DNA of 64,000 bases from the NCBI GenBank assembly GCA_902594605.1, contig CACJMR010000001.1, forward strand, positions 76,794 through 140,793, given 5' to 3'. The notes under the pieces were generated by a model. It saw only the letters and a list, made by a program, of their open reading frames with translations. It did no database searches and was not told the DNA's origin. This DNA comes from an uncultured Pelagibacteraceae bacterium. GTDB taxonomy: Bacteria > Pseudomonadota > Alphaproteobacteria > Pelagibacterales > Pelagibacteraceae. This document shows positions 28,999-41,318 of the stretch, piece by piece (the stretch's first letter is position 1; every line of letters begins with the position of its first letter). A program made the position numbers and the translations under genes.

Positions 28999-29891
28999 CT
29001 TCCCTCCTTTGAAAAAGTTAATTTATTATTTTGTTCTAAAATTTTAATCACTTTTAAGTGATTAGAATTCGGTCCGTATTTTTTAATTGCTTTGTTATAA
29101 ATTTTTGAAGTTAAGTTCATTATTGGTAGTTTTAATTTTTGAATTTTAATAATTTCATTAGCAAGATTTAAATCTTTCATCGATAAACCTAAAAAGAAAG
29201 ATGGATCATAATCACCATTAATCATGTTAGGTCCGTATCTTGTTGAAGTGTAGCCTCCACTTGCACTTTTATCGATAATCTCTAACATTGTTTTTGGTTT
29301 AATCCCTGACTTTACCCCAAGCATCAACGACTCTGATAATGATAAATAATTTAAATAACAAAGGCTAACTTGTGCAATTTTAGCAGCATAACCAGCACCT
29401 GGTTTATTTAGATAATAGATGTTTTTACCCAGTATATTAAAGACAAACTTAAGCTTATTAACTGTCTTTTTATTACCTCCAATAAATATTGATAAGTCTC
29501 CTGACTGAGCCTTTAAATTTCCACCTGATATCGTTGCATCAACAAATTGATTTATTTTTTTACTTAACTTTTGTTTTAAAAGATTAAAGCAAGTTAAAGA
29601 ATTGGTAGAACAATCAATCCAAATTTTATTTTTAACTAATTGATCAATGATTTTACCTTTACCAATTGATAATAATTTAATTTGTTTTGGTCCAGGAACG
29701 CAGGTAACAATTACATCAGAAAACTTGATTAATTCATCTAATGAGCTTGTTGCTTTTCCTTTTTTAGATTTAAATTCTTTTAAAGATTTAGGACTTACGT
29801 CATAACCCAATAAATCTATTCTTTTAGATTTATGTAAGTTTAATGCCATCGGCATACCCATATTTCCTAAACCAATAAAACCTATATTCAT
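28995..29891 (-). CDS. NAD(P)-dependent beta-hydroxyacid dehydrogenase (3-hydroxyisobutyrate/tartronate semialdehyde family)
   Basis: IGFIGLGNMGMPMA, IDCST, VDATISGG, GAGYAAK and KDL motifs. Confidence 0.88.
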   Translation of the reverse strand: MNIGFIGLGNMGMPMALNLHKSKRIDLLGYDVSPKSLKEFKSKKGKATSSLDELIKFSDVIVTCVPGPKQIKLLSIGKGKIIDQLVKNKIWIDCSTNSLTCFNLLKQKLSKKINQFVDATISGGNLKAQSGDLSIFIGGNKKTVNKLKFVFNILGKNIYYLNKPGAGYAAKIAQVSLCYLNYLSLSESLMLGVKSGIKPKTMLEIIDKSASGGYTSTRYGPNMINGDYDPSFFLGLSMKDLNLANEIIKIQKLKLPIMNLTSKIYNKAIKKYGPNSNHLKVIKILEQNNKLTFSKEGR

Positions 29892-29892
29892 A

Positions 29893-30735
29893 TCAATCCA
29901 TTAACCCATCTACCTCAACATTATTTCTCTCATAATGAATTGGAAGTGCTTTACCGTAAACTTGTTTAGAATGTTCAGGTTTATTTACTCTGTAACTATC
30001 TTTTACATATGTTGGTAATGCAATGTAACGAGAAGTATTCCCTTCTATTTTTGTTACTCTGTGCATAGAAAATCTTCCTTTAAATATTTGAAGATCACCT
30101 GGCTGAAGGTCTAATGATTTAACTTTGTCTCTTGAACCTCGAAGAACTTTAGTAACCTCATCAAAGTTTTCATTTTCAACACTTCTTAAATCTGGTGAGT
30201 ATTCAAACAATCCGCCCTTTTCAGCTTTTTGAACTAAAATACTTAATGTAAATTCATTTCCATCAAAGTGCCAAGGAAAGTAATGATCCTTATGCATGAT
30301 ACTATATGGATTTTTTCCTAAAGGATCCGACCATCTATAAAGAGGAAAAACTCCTAAACTATCTGAAACAAATTTTAGCATTTCTTCAGACTCGTAAATT
30401 TTATTTAAATCAGATTGCTCTTCTAAATCATCTGAATTGATGTATCCGCTTTCTCGAAATGAAAAAACTCTTTTTGGATGATCTTTAGATAAATTTTCAT
30501 CATCTTTTGAAAAGTAAGGGTTATGATGATCTTTAGTCCAATGAGTTTTAGGAAGATTTCTTTCAACTTCTTCCTTCATTCTTTTCAAAGATTTGCTAAG
30601 TACAAATTTTGGAAGTACACAGCATCCGTCTTTATCAAGTAGCTTTCTATTTTTAACAATTAAATCTTTATACTCTCTAGATCCTGTCTGATCAATTGGG
30701 TAATCTCTTAAGTTTACAATATTTTTTATTTCCAT
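29893..30735 (-). CDS. Fe(II)/2-oxoglutarate dioxygenase (BesD/HalD/ArpA-like fold, HxD hydroxylase type)
   Basis: WHFDGNEF...GGLFEY...PGDLQIFKGRFSMHRVT...R; AGGAG RBS upstream. Confidence 0.82.
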   Translation of the reverse strand: MEIKNIVNLRDYPIDQTGSREYKDLIVKNRKLLDKDGCCVLPKFVLSKSLKRMKEEVERNLPKTHWTKDHHNPYFSKDDENLSKDHPKRVFSFRESGYINSDDLEEQSDLNKIYESEEMLKFVSDSLGVFPLYRWSDPLGKNPYSIMHKDHYFPWHFDGNEFTLSILVQKAEKGGLFEYSPDLRSVENENFDEVTKVLRGSRDKVKSLDLQPGDLQIFKGRFSMHRVTKIEGNTSRYIALPTYVKDSYRVNKPEHSKQVYGKALPIHYERNNVEVDGLMD

Positions 30736-31008
30736 AATTCTCCTTTAATTAAAATTAATTTTTTAAATAAAGAAGTGATTACAATTTCGTGGGCGTTGAA
30801 GAATTTATATGATTTTTACAGTCTATTTTTTGAAGTAATAAATTAAATAGATTAGATGATAACTTCGTACTCAAGCCAACTCTAGCTAGTCTATGACAAT
30901 GAGTAAAAAGGTTAAGATTCATAATCAAACGGTATTATATTTTCTACTCCAGGTAAACAAATTTTAGTTATAAAATAATCGAAAATTACATTATTATAGA
31001 GAGAAATA

Positions 31009-31494
31009 ATGCCGTCATTTGATGTAATAAGCAAAATAAATTATCAAGAATTTGATAATGCTTTAGCTAATTGTTTAAGAGAAATCAGTAACCGTTATGA
31101 TTTTAAAGGACTTCATATTTCAATTGAACGAAAAGATAAAACGGTGACTACCAATGCCCCTGATGAATTAAAATTAAAGCAAGTAAATGAATTATTACAA
31201 ACCCATTTAGTTAGAAGAAAAGTGGATCCAAGAGTATTAAAAGTTAAAAGCTCTGAAGGAGCTTCGGGAGGATCGATTAGACAAGTCAGTGAATTAAAAG
31301 AAGGTATTAGCCAAGAAAATGCTAAAAAAGTTATTGCTGACATTAAAAAACTTAAACTTAAAATTCAGATTAAAATCCAAGGCGATGAATTAAGAGTAGA
31401 TGGCAAAAAAAAAGATGATCTTCAAGAAGCTATCGCTGCAATCAAAGCAATTGATATAGGTCTTCCAATTGATTTTGTTAATTTTAGAGACTAA
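31009..31494 (+). CDS. yajQ: YajQ family nucleotide/c-di-GMP-binding protein
   Basis: MPSFDVIS, RYDFKG and IQGDELRVDGKKKDDLQ...NFRD motifs. Confidence 0.95.
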   Translation: MPSFDVISKINYQEFDNALANCLREISNRYDFKGLHISIERKDKTVTTNAPDELKLKQVNELLQTHLVRRKVDPRVLKVKSSEGASGGSIRQVSELKEGISQENAKKVIADIKKLKLKIQIKIQGDELRVDGKKKDDLQEAIAAIKAIDIGLPIDFVNFRD

Positions 31495-32706
31495 TTAAAC
31501 TTTTTGAATTAAAGAAGCGCTGTTATTTGTAGGTTTATTAACGTCTTTTGACACTTCATGAAAAATTAAATTAGGAATTTTACGTTCCTTTAAAAATGCA
31601 GAACCTTGTAATTCTAAATTTAAATAACGATTAATATCAGCTTGATTTAAAATAACTGGTTGTCTGTGATGAATTTCATTTATATTTTCTTTTGCTTCCT
31701 CTGTAATTAAACAAAACTGGTCGTTTTCAAATATACCAGCAAAATAAATAGGATTTGTATCTTCACGGGTAAAATAATGAGGAGTTTTTTCTTTCTCTTC
31801 TCTTTTCCATTCATAAAAACCATCTGCAACTGCAACACATCTGTTGTTTTTAATCAATTTTTTAAATGAAACCTTTTCATCAATAGTCTCTAACCTTGCA
31901 TTAATTAAAGCTTTAAAATCTTTGTCTTTAGCCCATCCAGGAACTAAACCCCATTGTAAATTTTCTAAAGTATTTCCATTTTTATATTTTTTTATTACAG
32001 GCAGTTTTTGATATCCAGCACCCAATGGATCTCTATCTGGATCTAAAAAAGTTAATATTCTTAGTTTTTGATATGGTTTAAGAAATGAGATTATAAACGG
32101 GAGCGAAATTAAGAAAGTAATAAATGAGTATATAAAATATTTAATTTTCATACCTCCCAACCACAAAATAATTAATCCACTTAAAGCAATTAATATAGAT
32201 GTACCAAGATCAGGTTGAGAAATTACAAAAATTATTGGAATTATTATGATCGATAACACAATAGTTATACTAGTAAATGAATTAACATTTTCTAATTTTA
32301 TTCTATGAAAGTATTTTGCAAGACACATTATGATTGCTACTTTCATAAGTTCTGACGGTTGTAGAACAAATAAATAAAGATCCATCCATCTTTGTGAACC
32401 AGAGGACTTTATTCCAAAAAATGAAACGTAAATTAATAAAAGAATTACTATAAGATAGATTATATAAGAAAAATTATGCCAAAATTTAATATTGAAGAAG
32501 GCTACAAAAATCATTAATGGAAAAAAAACTGCAAGTTTTACAAAATGATTTTTTGTATGAAAAAGTATTTCACCACCATCTGTAGAATACATAACAAAAA
32601 CACTTAATATAGAAATAAGAATAACAGAAATTAATAATATGTAGTCTAGGTTTTTTATTTTTTGAAATAATGTAATGTCATTACTCAATCTATTGTGCTG
32701 AAACAT
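31495..32706 (-). pseudogene. rodA: In-frame chimera: N-terminal ~233 aa of RodA fused to an N-terminally truncated SRAP (YedK/HMCES) domain
   Basis: RodA motifs (SQRW, QPSELMK, QPDLGT, YQKLRI, DPLGAGYQ) switch at about 32008-32013 to SRAP motifs (WGLVPGW, INARLET, RCVAVADGFYEW, FAGI, IHHRQP). Confidence 0.85.
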
Positions 32707-34629
32707 TTAAACAGTAATCCTCTCAAAATTCGATTGTTTATTTCTTAAATCATGTCTATCGATGATTAATTTAAATAATTTTTTTGCAATTGGTGCTGCT
32801 GCCTTACTTCCTGAGCCACCATGCTCAACAATTATACTTAGCGCATATCTCGGATTAACATATGGTCCATAAGCAACATACAAAGCATGATCTCTATCTT
32901 TGTAAGGTATTTGCTCTAATTCTAAATCCAATTCCCTCTCTCTTTTGCTAATTCTCTTTACCTGTGCTGTTCCTGTTTTTCCTGCAAATTGATATTTAGG
33001 ATCATCAATTCTTGATTTATAGGAGGTTCCAAATCTTTCATTTGTTGAAGCAAACATTGCTTCTTGGACAATCTTGATATTTTTTTGGTTTTTAAATAAT
33101 TTTTTGTCCACTAATTGATCAGATTGATTGTCAAATAATAAACCACTCTCCATTGATTGTTTTGCATCTTCATAAGAAATTGGATTATTATCCACAATTA
33201 TTTTCGGTTTTATAGCAAAGCCTCCATTTGCAATTTGTGCAGTCATCATACAAAGTTGTAAAGGAGTTGTTTGTATATAGCCTTGACCAATACCTGTTAT
33301 TAAGGTCTCTCCCAAAACCCAGCCTTTACCAAGATTATTTTTTTTCCAAATTGTATTTGGAAATAATCCTTTTTTTTCAGTATCAAAATAATCACCAAGA
33401 ACTTTTTTACCTAAACCAAACTTTTCAGCTGTAATATTTAATCTATCAACACCTAATAACCTAGCAACCTCATAAAAATATGTATCACATGACTGTTTCA
33501 TTGCATTTTTCAAACTTACCCAACCATGTCCTTTTTCCTTCCAACAATGAAATGTTTGTCCATATAACTCCATTTTTCCTGTGCATTTAACTTTAAACTT
33601 TGTATCTATTACTTTGTTTTCTAATGCTGAGAGAGCAACGATTGGTTTTATTGTTGAACCTGGTGAGTACAGACCCGAAAGAGTTTTGTTTATTAGTGGT
33701 TTTAATGGATTGTTTCTAATTAATTGCCATTCATCTTGACTTATTCCAAATAAAAATAAATTTGGATTATAAGATGGGGATGAATACATTGCTATTATAT
33801 CTCCAGTATAAATATCCATTACACTTATAGATCCTGCTTTTTCATTTAATAATTCTCCACAAGCTTTTTGTATTTCTGTGTCAAGGGTTAAACGTATTTT
33901 TGATCCTTGCTTACCTTGTTGATGCTCAAGTTGATTAATTCTTTTACCGTAAGCATTAACTTCATATCTTTGAATAGCATTTGTTCCAATTAAATGATTT
34001 TCAAGTCTTTTCTCTAAGCCCAGTTTTCCTATTTTCATTCCTGGCACAAATCTCTCTTGGATGGTTTCATTTTCTAAAATTTCTTCTTCATTTGGTTGAC
34101 TCACATATCCAAGAACATGAGTATATACATCATTAAATGGATAGTTTCTGGAGATTGTCATTACGGGTTTAACACCTACAAGATCGTATAAATAATTATT
34201 AATTTTTACAAATTGACTCCAGCTTAAATTTTCGGAAACAATAATACTATCCCAAGGTTTAAGCTCTGCTTTTAATTTGTTTATTCTTGCAATTTTTTTA
34301 TCACTTAGATTTAAAAGATTTTTTAATCTAACTAATAAATAATTGAAATTCTCAACTTGTTCTGGAATGATGTGTAATTGATAAACTTTTAAATTTCCTG
34401 CAATTACATTCCCAAAATAATCAACTATATTTCCTCTTGTAGGTGGGAGTTTCCACTCTCTAATTCTATTCTTATCTGAAAGAGTAAGATATTTTTTATT
34501 TTCATTAATTTGTAGAGAAAATAAACGAGCGACAATGCCAACAAAAACTACTACTTTTGCTGCTCCAATTATGAACATTCTTCTATTGATTACATCAGTT
34601 TTTCTTATTCCTGAATTATATTTAATCAT
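32707..34629 (-). CDS. mrdA: Penicillin-binding protein 2
   Basis: PGSTIKP (SxxK), SCD and GKTGTAQV motifs; within the mreBCD operon. Confidence 0.95.
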   Translation of the reverse strand: MIKYNSGIRKTDVINRRMFIIGAAKVVVFVGIVARLFSLQINENKKYLTLSDKNRIREWKLPPTRGNIVDYFGNVIAGNLKVYQLHIIPEQVENFNYLLVRLKNLLNLSDKKIARINKLKAELKPWDSIIVSENLSWSQFVKINNYLYDLVGVKPVMTISRNYPFNDVYTHVLGYVSQPNEEEILENETIQERFVPGMKIGKLGLEKRLENHLIGTNAIQRYEVNAYGKRINQLEHQQGKQGSKIRLTLDTEIQKACGELLNEKAGSISVMDIYTGDIIAMYSSPSYNPNLFLFGISQDEWQLIRNNPLKPLINKTLSGLYSPGSTIKPIVALSALENKVIDTKFKVKCTGKMELYGQTFHCWKEKGHGWVSLKNAMKQSCDTYFYEVARLLGVDRLNITAEKFGLGKKVLGDYFDTEKKGLFPNTIWKKNNLGKGWVLGETLITGIGQGYIQTTPLQLCMMTAQIANGGFAIKPKIIVDNNPISYEDAKQSMESGLLFDNQSDQLVDKKLFKNQKNIKIVQEAMFASTNERFGTSYKSRIDDPKYQFAGKTGTAQVKRISKRERELDLELEQIPYKDRDHALYVAYGPYVNPRYALSIIVEHGGSGSKAAAPIAKKLFKLIIDRHDLRNKQSNFERITV

Positions 34630-35140
34630 TTGTTTGATATGAAATTCTTTCGTTTAAAAAATTAAAAAATAAAAAAAATATTGGATAAAATAAAATAGTA
34701 AATCCAGAGTTGATTAAGTAATTAGTGTAATCAACTTTAATTAAAAATACTAAATCCAAAATGATTACTTGAATTGAATTTATTAATAAAATTGTAAATA
34801 ATAATGATATCCAGTCCTTCATAAAGTTTGGGGTTAAAGTGATGTTTCTTATATAAGCTGTTACTGAGCAAAGAATAAGGTAACAAAAACTACTAATCCC
34901 TATTGGGATACCTATTACAACATCATTAATTATACCTGCAAAGAAAATTGCTAGATAACCTAATTGATCAGGATTTCTTAAAGTCCAAAAGAAAATTAGT
35001 AGATGAACAAAATTAAAAGCAAAATAATCAAGTTTTAAGTAATTAAAATCAAATTCATTAAATACAGAAAAAAATAACATTATAAACGGTAGATAGGATA
35101 AAAATATTCTTAAAAAAGGACTTTTGTTAAGTGATGACAT
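34622..35140 (-). CDS. mreD: Rod shape-determining protein MreD
   Basis: Hydrophobic, FWTLRNP and GIINDV motifs; between mreC and mrdA. Confidence 0.85.
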   Translation of the reverse strand: MSSLNKSPFLRIFLSYLPFIMLFFSVFNEFDFNYLKLDYFAFNFVHLLIFFWTLRNPDQLGYLAIFFAGIINDVVIGIPIGISSFCYLILCSVTAYIRNITLTPNFMKDWISLLFTILLINSIQVIILDLVFLIKVDYTNYLINSGFTILFYPIFFLFFNFLNERISYQTND

Positions 35141-35988
35141 TATTCTTCTCTACCTATTTTATTAGAAACTATTTTTACATAATTTAGTTGTGTAAAATCG
35201 GAAAAAAAAATAATTTTTCCTTCTGATATTTTATTTATTTTTCCAATTGGAATACCAGGTTTAAACAAACCACCAAGGCCTGAGGTGTAGGCAAAAATTT
35301 CTTTATTTTTAAAATCTTCAATTAATTCTTGTTGAGTATGTTCAATTTTTCCAAAATCACCTCCTGTTCCAGAAACTACAGCCTGTATATCATCTGGCTC
35401 TAATACAGATGGTATTTTACTATTAAGATCTGATAATAATAATGCCCTTGAGTTAGTATAATTTACTTCAATTATTTGTCCAACTAGATAAACATCATCA
35501 ATAACAGCCATTCCAATTTTAACTTTATCTTTTGTACCTTTGTTTAATACTACTGATTTCAAATATGGACTGTCTTTATCAATTAAAACTCTAGCAAATA
35601 TTTCTTGTGAACTTATACTTTCATCAAGTAAGTCTCTAAGCTTTTTGTTTTCTGCAGTTAAAAACTTATTTTGTAATTTAAGTTGTTCAGAATTTTCTAT
35701 TTTAATTAATTCTTTCTGATGATCTTCATATAAATCCATATGTGATTTGAATTTTAAAATTATTTCTTTTAATTTATTTTCGGGAATTGATGCAATATAA
35801 GATGATCTATAAATCACTTCATTAATCCCTAATTTAATAAATTGAATAGCTTTAAAATTGAAATTACTTAAGATAATTACTAAAATTGATAAAAAAATTA
35901 GAGTTAGTAAAGAAAATTTTTGTTTATCTTTTTTTTTTAAAAAGGCTGACCTAATGGCTATTACAAAATCATCTCTGCCAGTAGCCAT
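35140..35988 (-). CDS. mreC: Rod shape-determining protein MreC
   Basis: TM plus coiled coil, ENKKLR, LNKG and TSGLGGLFKPGIPIG motifs. Confidence 0.92.
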   Translation of the reverse strand: MATGRDDFVIAIRSAFLKKKDKQKFSLLTLIFLSILVIILSNFNFKAIQFIKLGINEVIYRSSYIASIPENKLKEIILKFKSHMDLYEDHQKELIKIENSEQLKLQNKFLTAENKKLRDLLDESISSQEIFARVLIDKDSPYLKSVVLNKGTKDKVKIGMAVIDDVYLVGQIIEVNYTNSRALLLSDLNSKIPSVLEPDDIQAVVSGTGGDFGKIEHTQQELIEDFKNKEIFAYTSGLGGLFKPGIPIGKINKISEGKIIFFSDFTQLNYVKIVSNKIGREE

Positions 35989-35993
35989 TTTTC

Positions 35994-38599
<2,606 letters not shown>

Positions 38600-38700
38600 A
38601 ACTAAAATTTTTAGAAAATCTATAATACAATCTATGAGAGAGATTGCAAAATAATTAGTTAAATAATCACTTTTAATCGACCATTTTAGGCTTAGAAAAA

Positions 38701-40383
38701 TTAATTATAAATAGATTCAATTTTAGGCATTAATCGTAAAAGTTCTCTTGTGTATTCGTGGCCGGGTTTTAAAAATAAATCCTCAGTGTTTGAAACCTCA
38801 CACAATTTGCCATCTTTTAAGACTCCAATTCTATCGCACATTTGTCTAACAACCGGTAAGTCATGGCTAATAAATAAAATTGTTAAATTTAATTGTTCTT
38901 GTAGATCTTTAAGTAAATTTAATATTTGGGCTTGAATACTTACATCCAAGGCAGAGGTGGGTTCGTCACAAACTAAAAGTCTTGGTTGTGTGGCAAGCGC
39001 TCTTGCAATTGATATTCTCTGTCTCTGTCCTCCTGAAAATTCATGTGGATATCGATCTGCAGAATTTTGAGTTAATTCTACAGACTCAAGTAAATCATAA
39101 ATATAATTATTTAAATCTATATTTGATATTGATGGGTTATGAAGTTTGATTGGTTCTGCAACTATATCTTTTACTTTTAATCTTCCATTTAGCGAAGAAT
39201 ACGGATCTTGAAATATCATTTGAATTTGTTTTCTAAATTTCATCAATTCAGATCTTTGTTTTATTTTTGTAATACAAACGTTGTCAAAGTAGATATCTCC
39301 AGAAGTAGGTTTAAATAAATTTACAATCATTTTTGCAATTGTAGATTTTCCACTTCCACTTTCTCCTACTAAACCAAAAGACTCCCCTTCTTTTATGTCA
39401 AAAGAAACATCATTAACAGCCATCACAGAATTCTTAGAGCTTTCTGTAAAAAAATTATCATCAAAACTTTTACTCAAATTTTTTATCTGTACTAAATCTT
39501 GATCTATTATTTCTTTTTTTGTCCATCTATTTAATATTTTGATATTATTTTTTTTTTTATCGCTGTTTTCTTTTTCTACAATCACAAACCTTGAAATTTT
39601 TTTGTTAGTTGGTGGAACTGAACTTACTAAACTTTTGGTATAATTTTCTTGCGGATTAGTTAATATTTTTTTGGTTTCGCCAATTTCAACCAAATTACCG
39701 CTTTTCATAACTGCTACACGATCTGCGGTCTCAGCTATAACACCCATATCATGAGTAATCAGTATTACCGCAAGATTTCTTTCTTTTGTTAATTTTTTAA
39801 TAAGTTCTAAAATCTGAGATTGAATTGATACATCTAATGCTGTTGTTGGTTCATCTGCAATTAATAATTCTGGCTCACAACATAGAGCTAAAGAAATTAC
39901 TACTCGCTGTCTCATTCCACCTGAGAATTGATGAGGATAATTATCAAATCTTGCCTCTGCATCTTTTATACCAACCTCTTTTAATAAATTTATAGATTTA
40001 TTTTTTGCTTCTTCTTTACTTAACTTAAGGTGAGCTTGAATTGTTTCAATTAATTGTTCGCCCACCGTAAGAATTGGGTTAAGTGAAGTTTGTGGATCTT
40101 GGAATATTAATCCAATTTTATTTCCTCTATATTTTACAATACTTCTAGAATTTTCATGAATGTTAATATCACCCAAAATAACCGAGCCACTAGATACCTT
40201 ACCTGGTTCATCTATTAAATTTATAATAGCGTTTCCTACTGTACTTTTTCCTGAGCCAGACTCTCCAACTAATCCTAAAATTTCTCCTTTGTTTATCTCG
40301 ATATTTATATTCCTAGCAGCGTTAACTGTTTCTTTTCTCATTTCATAATCGACACTAAGATTGTTTATTTTTAAAAATGTCAT
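38701..40383 (-). CDS. Dipeptide/oligopeptide ABC transporter ATP-binding protein (two fused NBDs)
   Basis: Two GESGSGKS Walker A and two FSGG signatures; start set at ATG 40383 (MTFLKIN), overlapping the permease stop. Confidence 0.92.
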   Translation of the reverse strand: MTFLKINNLSVDYEMRKETVNAARNINIEINKGEILGLVGESGSGKSTVGNAIINLIDEPGKVSSGSVILGDINIHENSRSIVKYRGNKIGLIFQDPQTSLNPILTVGEQLIETIQAHLKLSKEEAKNKSINLLKEVGIKDAEARFDNYPHQFSGGMRQRVVISLALCCEPELLIADEPTTALDVSIQSQILELIKKLTKERNLAVILITHDMGVIAETADRVAVMKSGNLVEIGETKKILTNPQENYTKSLVSSVPPTNKKISRFVIVEKENSDKKKNNIKILNRWTKKEIIDQDLVQIKNLSKSFDDNFFTESSKNSVMAVNDVSFDIKEGESFGLVGESGSGKSTIAKMIVNLFKPTSGDIYFDNVCITKIKQRSELMKFRKQIQMIFQDPYSSLNGRLKVKDIVAEPIKLHNPSISNIDLNNYIYDLLESVELTQNSADRYPHEFSGGQRQRISIARALATQPRLLVCDEPTSALDVSIQAQILNLLKDLQEQLNLTILFISHDLPVVRQMCDRIGVLKDGKLCEVSNTEDLFLKPGHEYTRELLRLMPKIESIYN

Positions 40384-41318
40384 TTTTTTAATTTTGGATT
40401 TAAGGTATCTCTCATCCAATCCCCTAATAAATTTATTGAAAATGCTAAAATAACCAAGAAAATTGCTGGAAAAAAAGTAATCCACCATTCTCCTGAAAAT
40501 AAAAAGTCATTACCAAGTCTTATCAATGTTCCTAAAGAAGGTGTTGTTGGAGGTACACCAACTCCTAAAAAGCTTAAAGTAGACTCAGCTAAAATAGCAA
40601 GAGCTAAACCAATAGTTCCAATTACTAACACCGGTCTTAAAATATTTGGTAAAATATGTTTAAACATAATAATTATATTCGAAACCCCGATTATTGTTGA
40701 TGCTGAAACATAATCTTTATTTTTTTCTACTAAAGTTGCAGCCCTAGAAACTCTAGCAAATTGTGGCCACTCTGAGATCCCAATTGCAAATATTAAAACA
40801 TAAATTGCCATTTCATCATGCATTTCTCTTGAGATTAATCCTCTTGCTATTCCATCAACCAACAATGCCATCAAAATACTTGGTACTGTTAACTGAACAT
40901 CAGTTAACCTCATTACTATCATTTCATATTTCCCACCGAAAAATCCAGCCGTTAATCCCAATCCAACACCAAGGATTAAACTAAAAATTATCGCAGAAAA
41001 ACCTACAATTAAAGAAATTCTACATCCATATAAAATTGTAGACAACATATCTCTTCCTTGTCCATCAGTGCCTAAAATAAATTTAGCTAGACCATCTTCT
41101 GTCCATGATGGTGGTGTGAATGCATCCATAAGAGATAGGGAAGATGGATCAAAAGGATTATAAGGTGTAATGAGCTCAACAAAAAAAGAACAGAAAAAAA
41201 TTATAAACAAGATAGTAGATGATACAATGGCAGTAGGCGATTTAATAAAGCTATGATAAATATCACTATCTTTTATTCTTTCCCAAGTACTTAAAGTTTT
41301 GTTATCCACTTGCAGCAT
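40380..41318 (-). CDS. Peptide ABC transporter permease (DppC-like)
   Basis: LGTDGQGRD, HILPN and LSFLGVG motifs. Confidence 0.92.
   Translation of the reverse strand: MLQVDNKTLSTWERIKDSDIYHSFIKSPTAIVSSTILFIIFFCSFFVELITPYNPFDPSSLSLMDAFTPPSWTEDGLAKFILGTDGQGRDMLSTILYGCRISLIVGFSAIIFSLILGVGLGLTAGFFGGKYEMIVMRLTDVQLTVPSILMALLVDGIARGLISREMHDEMAIYVLIFAIGISEWPQFARVSRAATLVEKNKDYVSASTIIGVSNIIIMFKHILPNILRPVLVIGTIGLALAILAESTLSFLGVGVPPTTPSLGTLIRLGNDFLFSGEWWITFFPAIFLVILAFSINLLGDWMRDTLNPKLKK

Noticed and set aside
29893-30735. Possible radical halogenase (BesD/HalD-like)
   Set aside because: Metal motif is HxD (HFD), not the HxG/A of halogenases, so a hydroxylase is expected
22421-31008. Integrative element or prophage explaining the accessory block
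   Set aside because: No integrase, transposase, tRNA target or flanking direct repeats were found by eye
40384-40488. N-terminal extension of the ABC ATPase
   Set aside because: Overlaps the permease in another frame; ATG 40383 gives a standard 4-nt overlap
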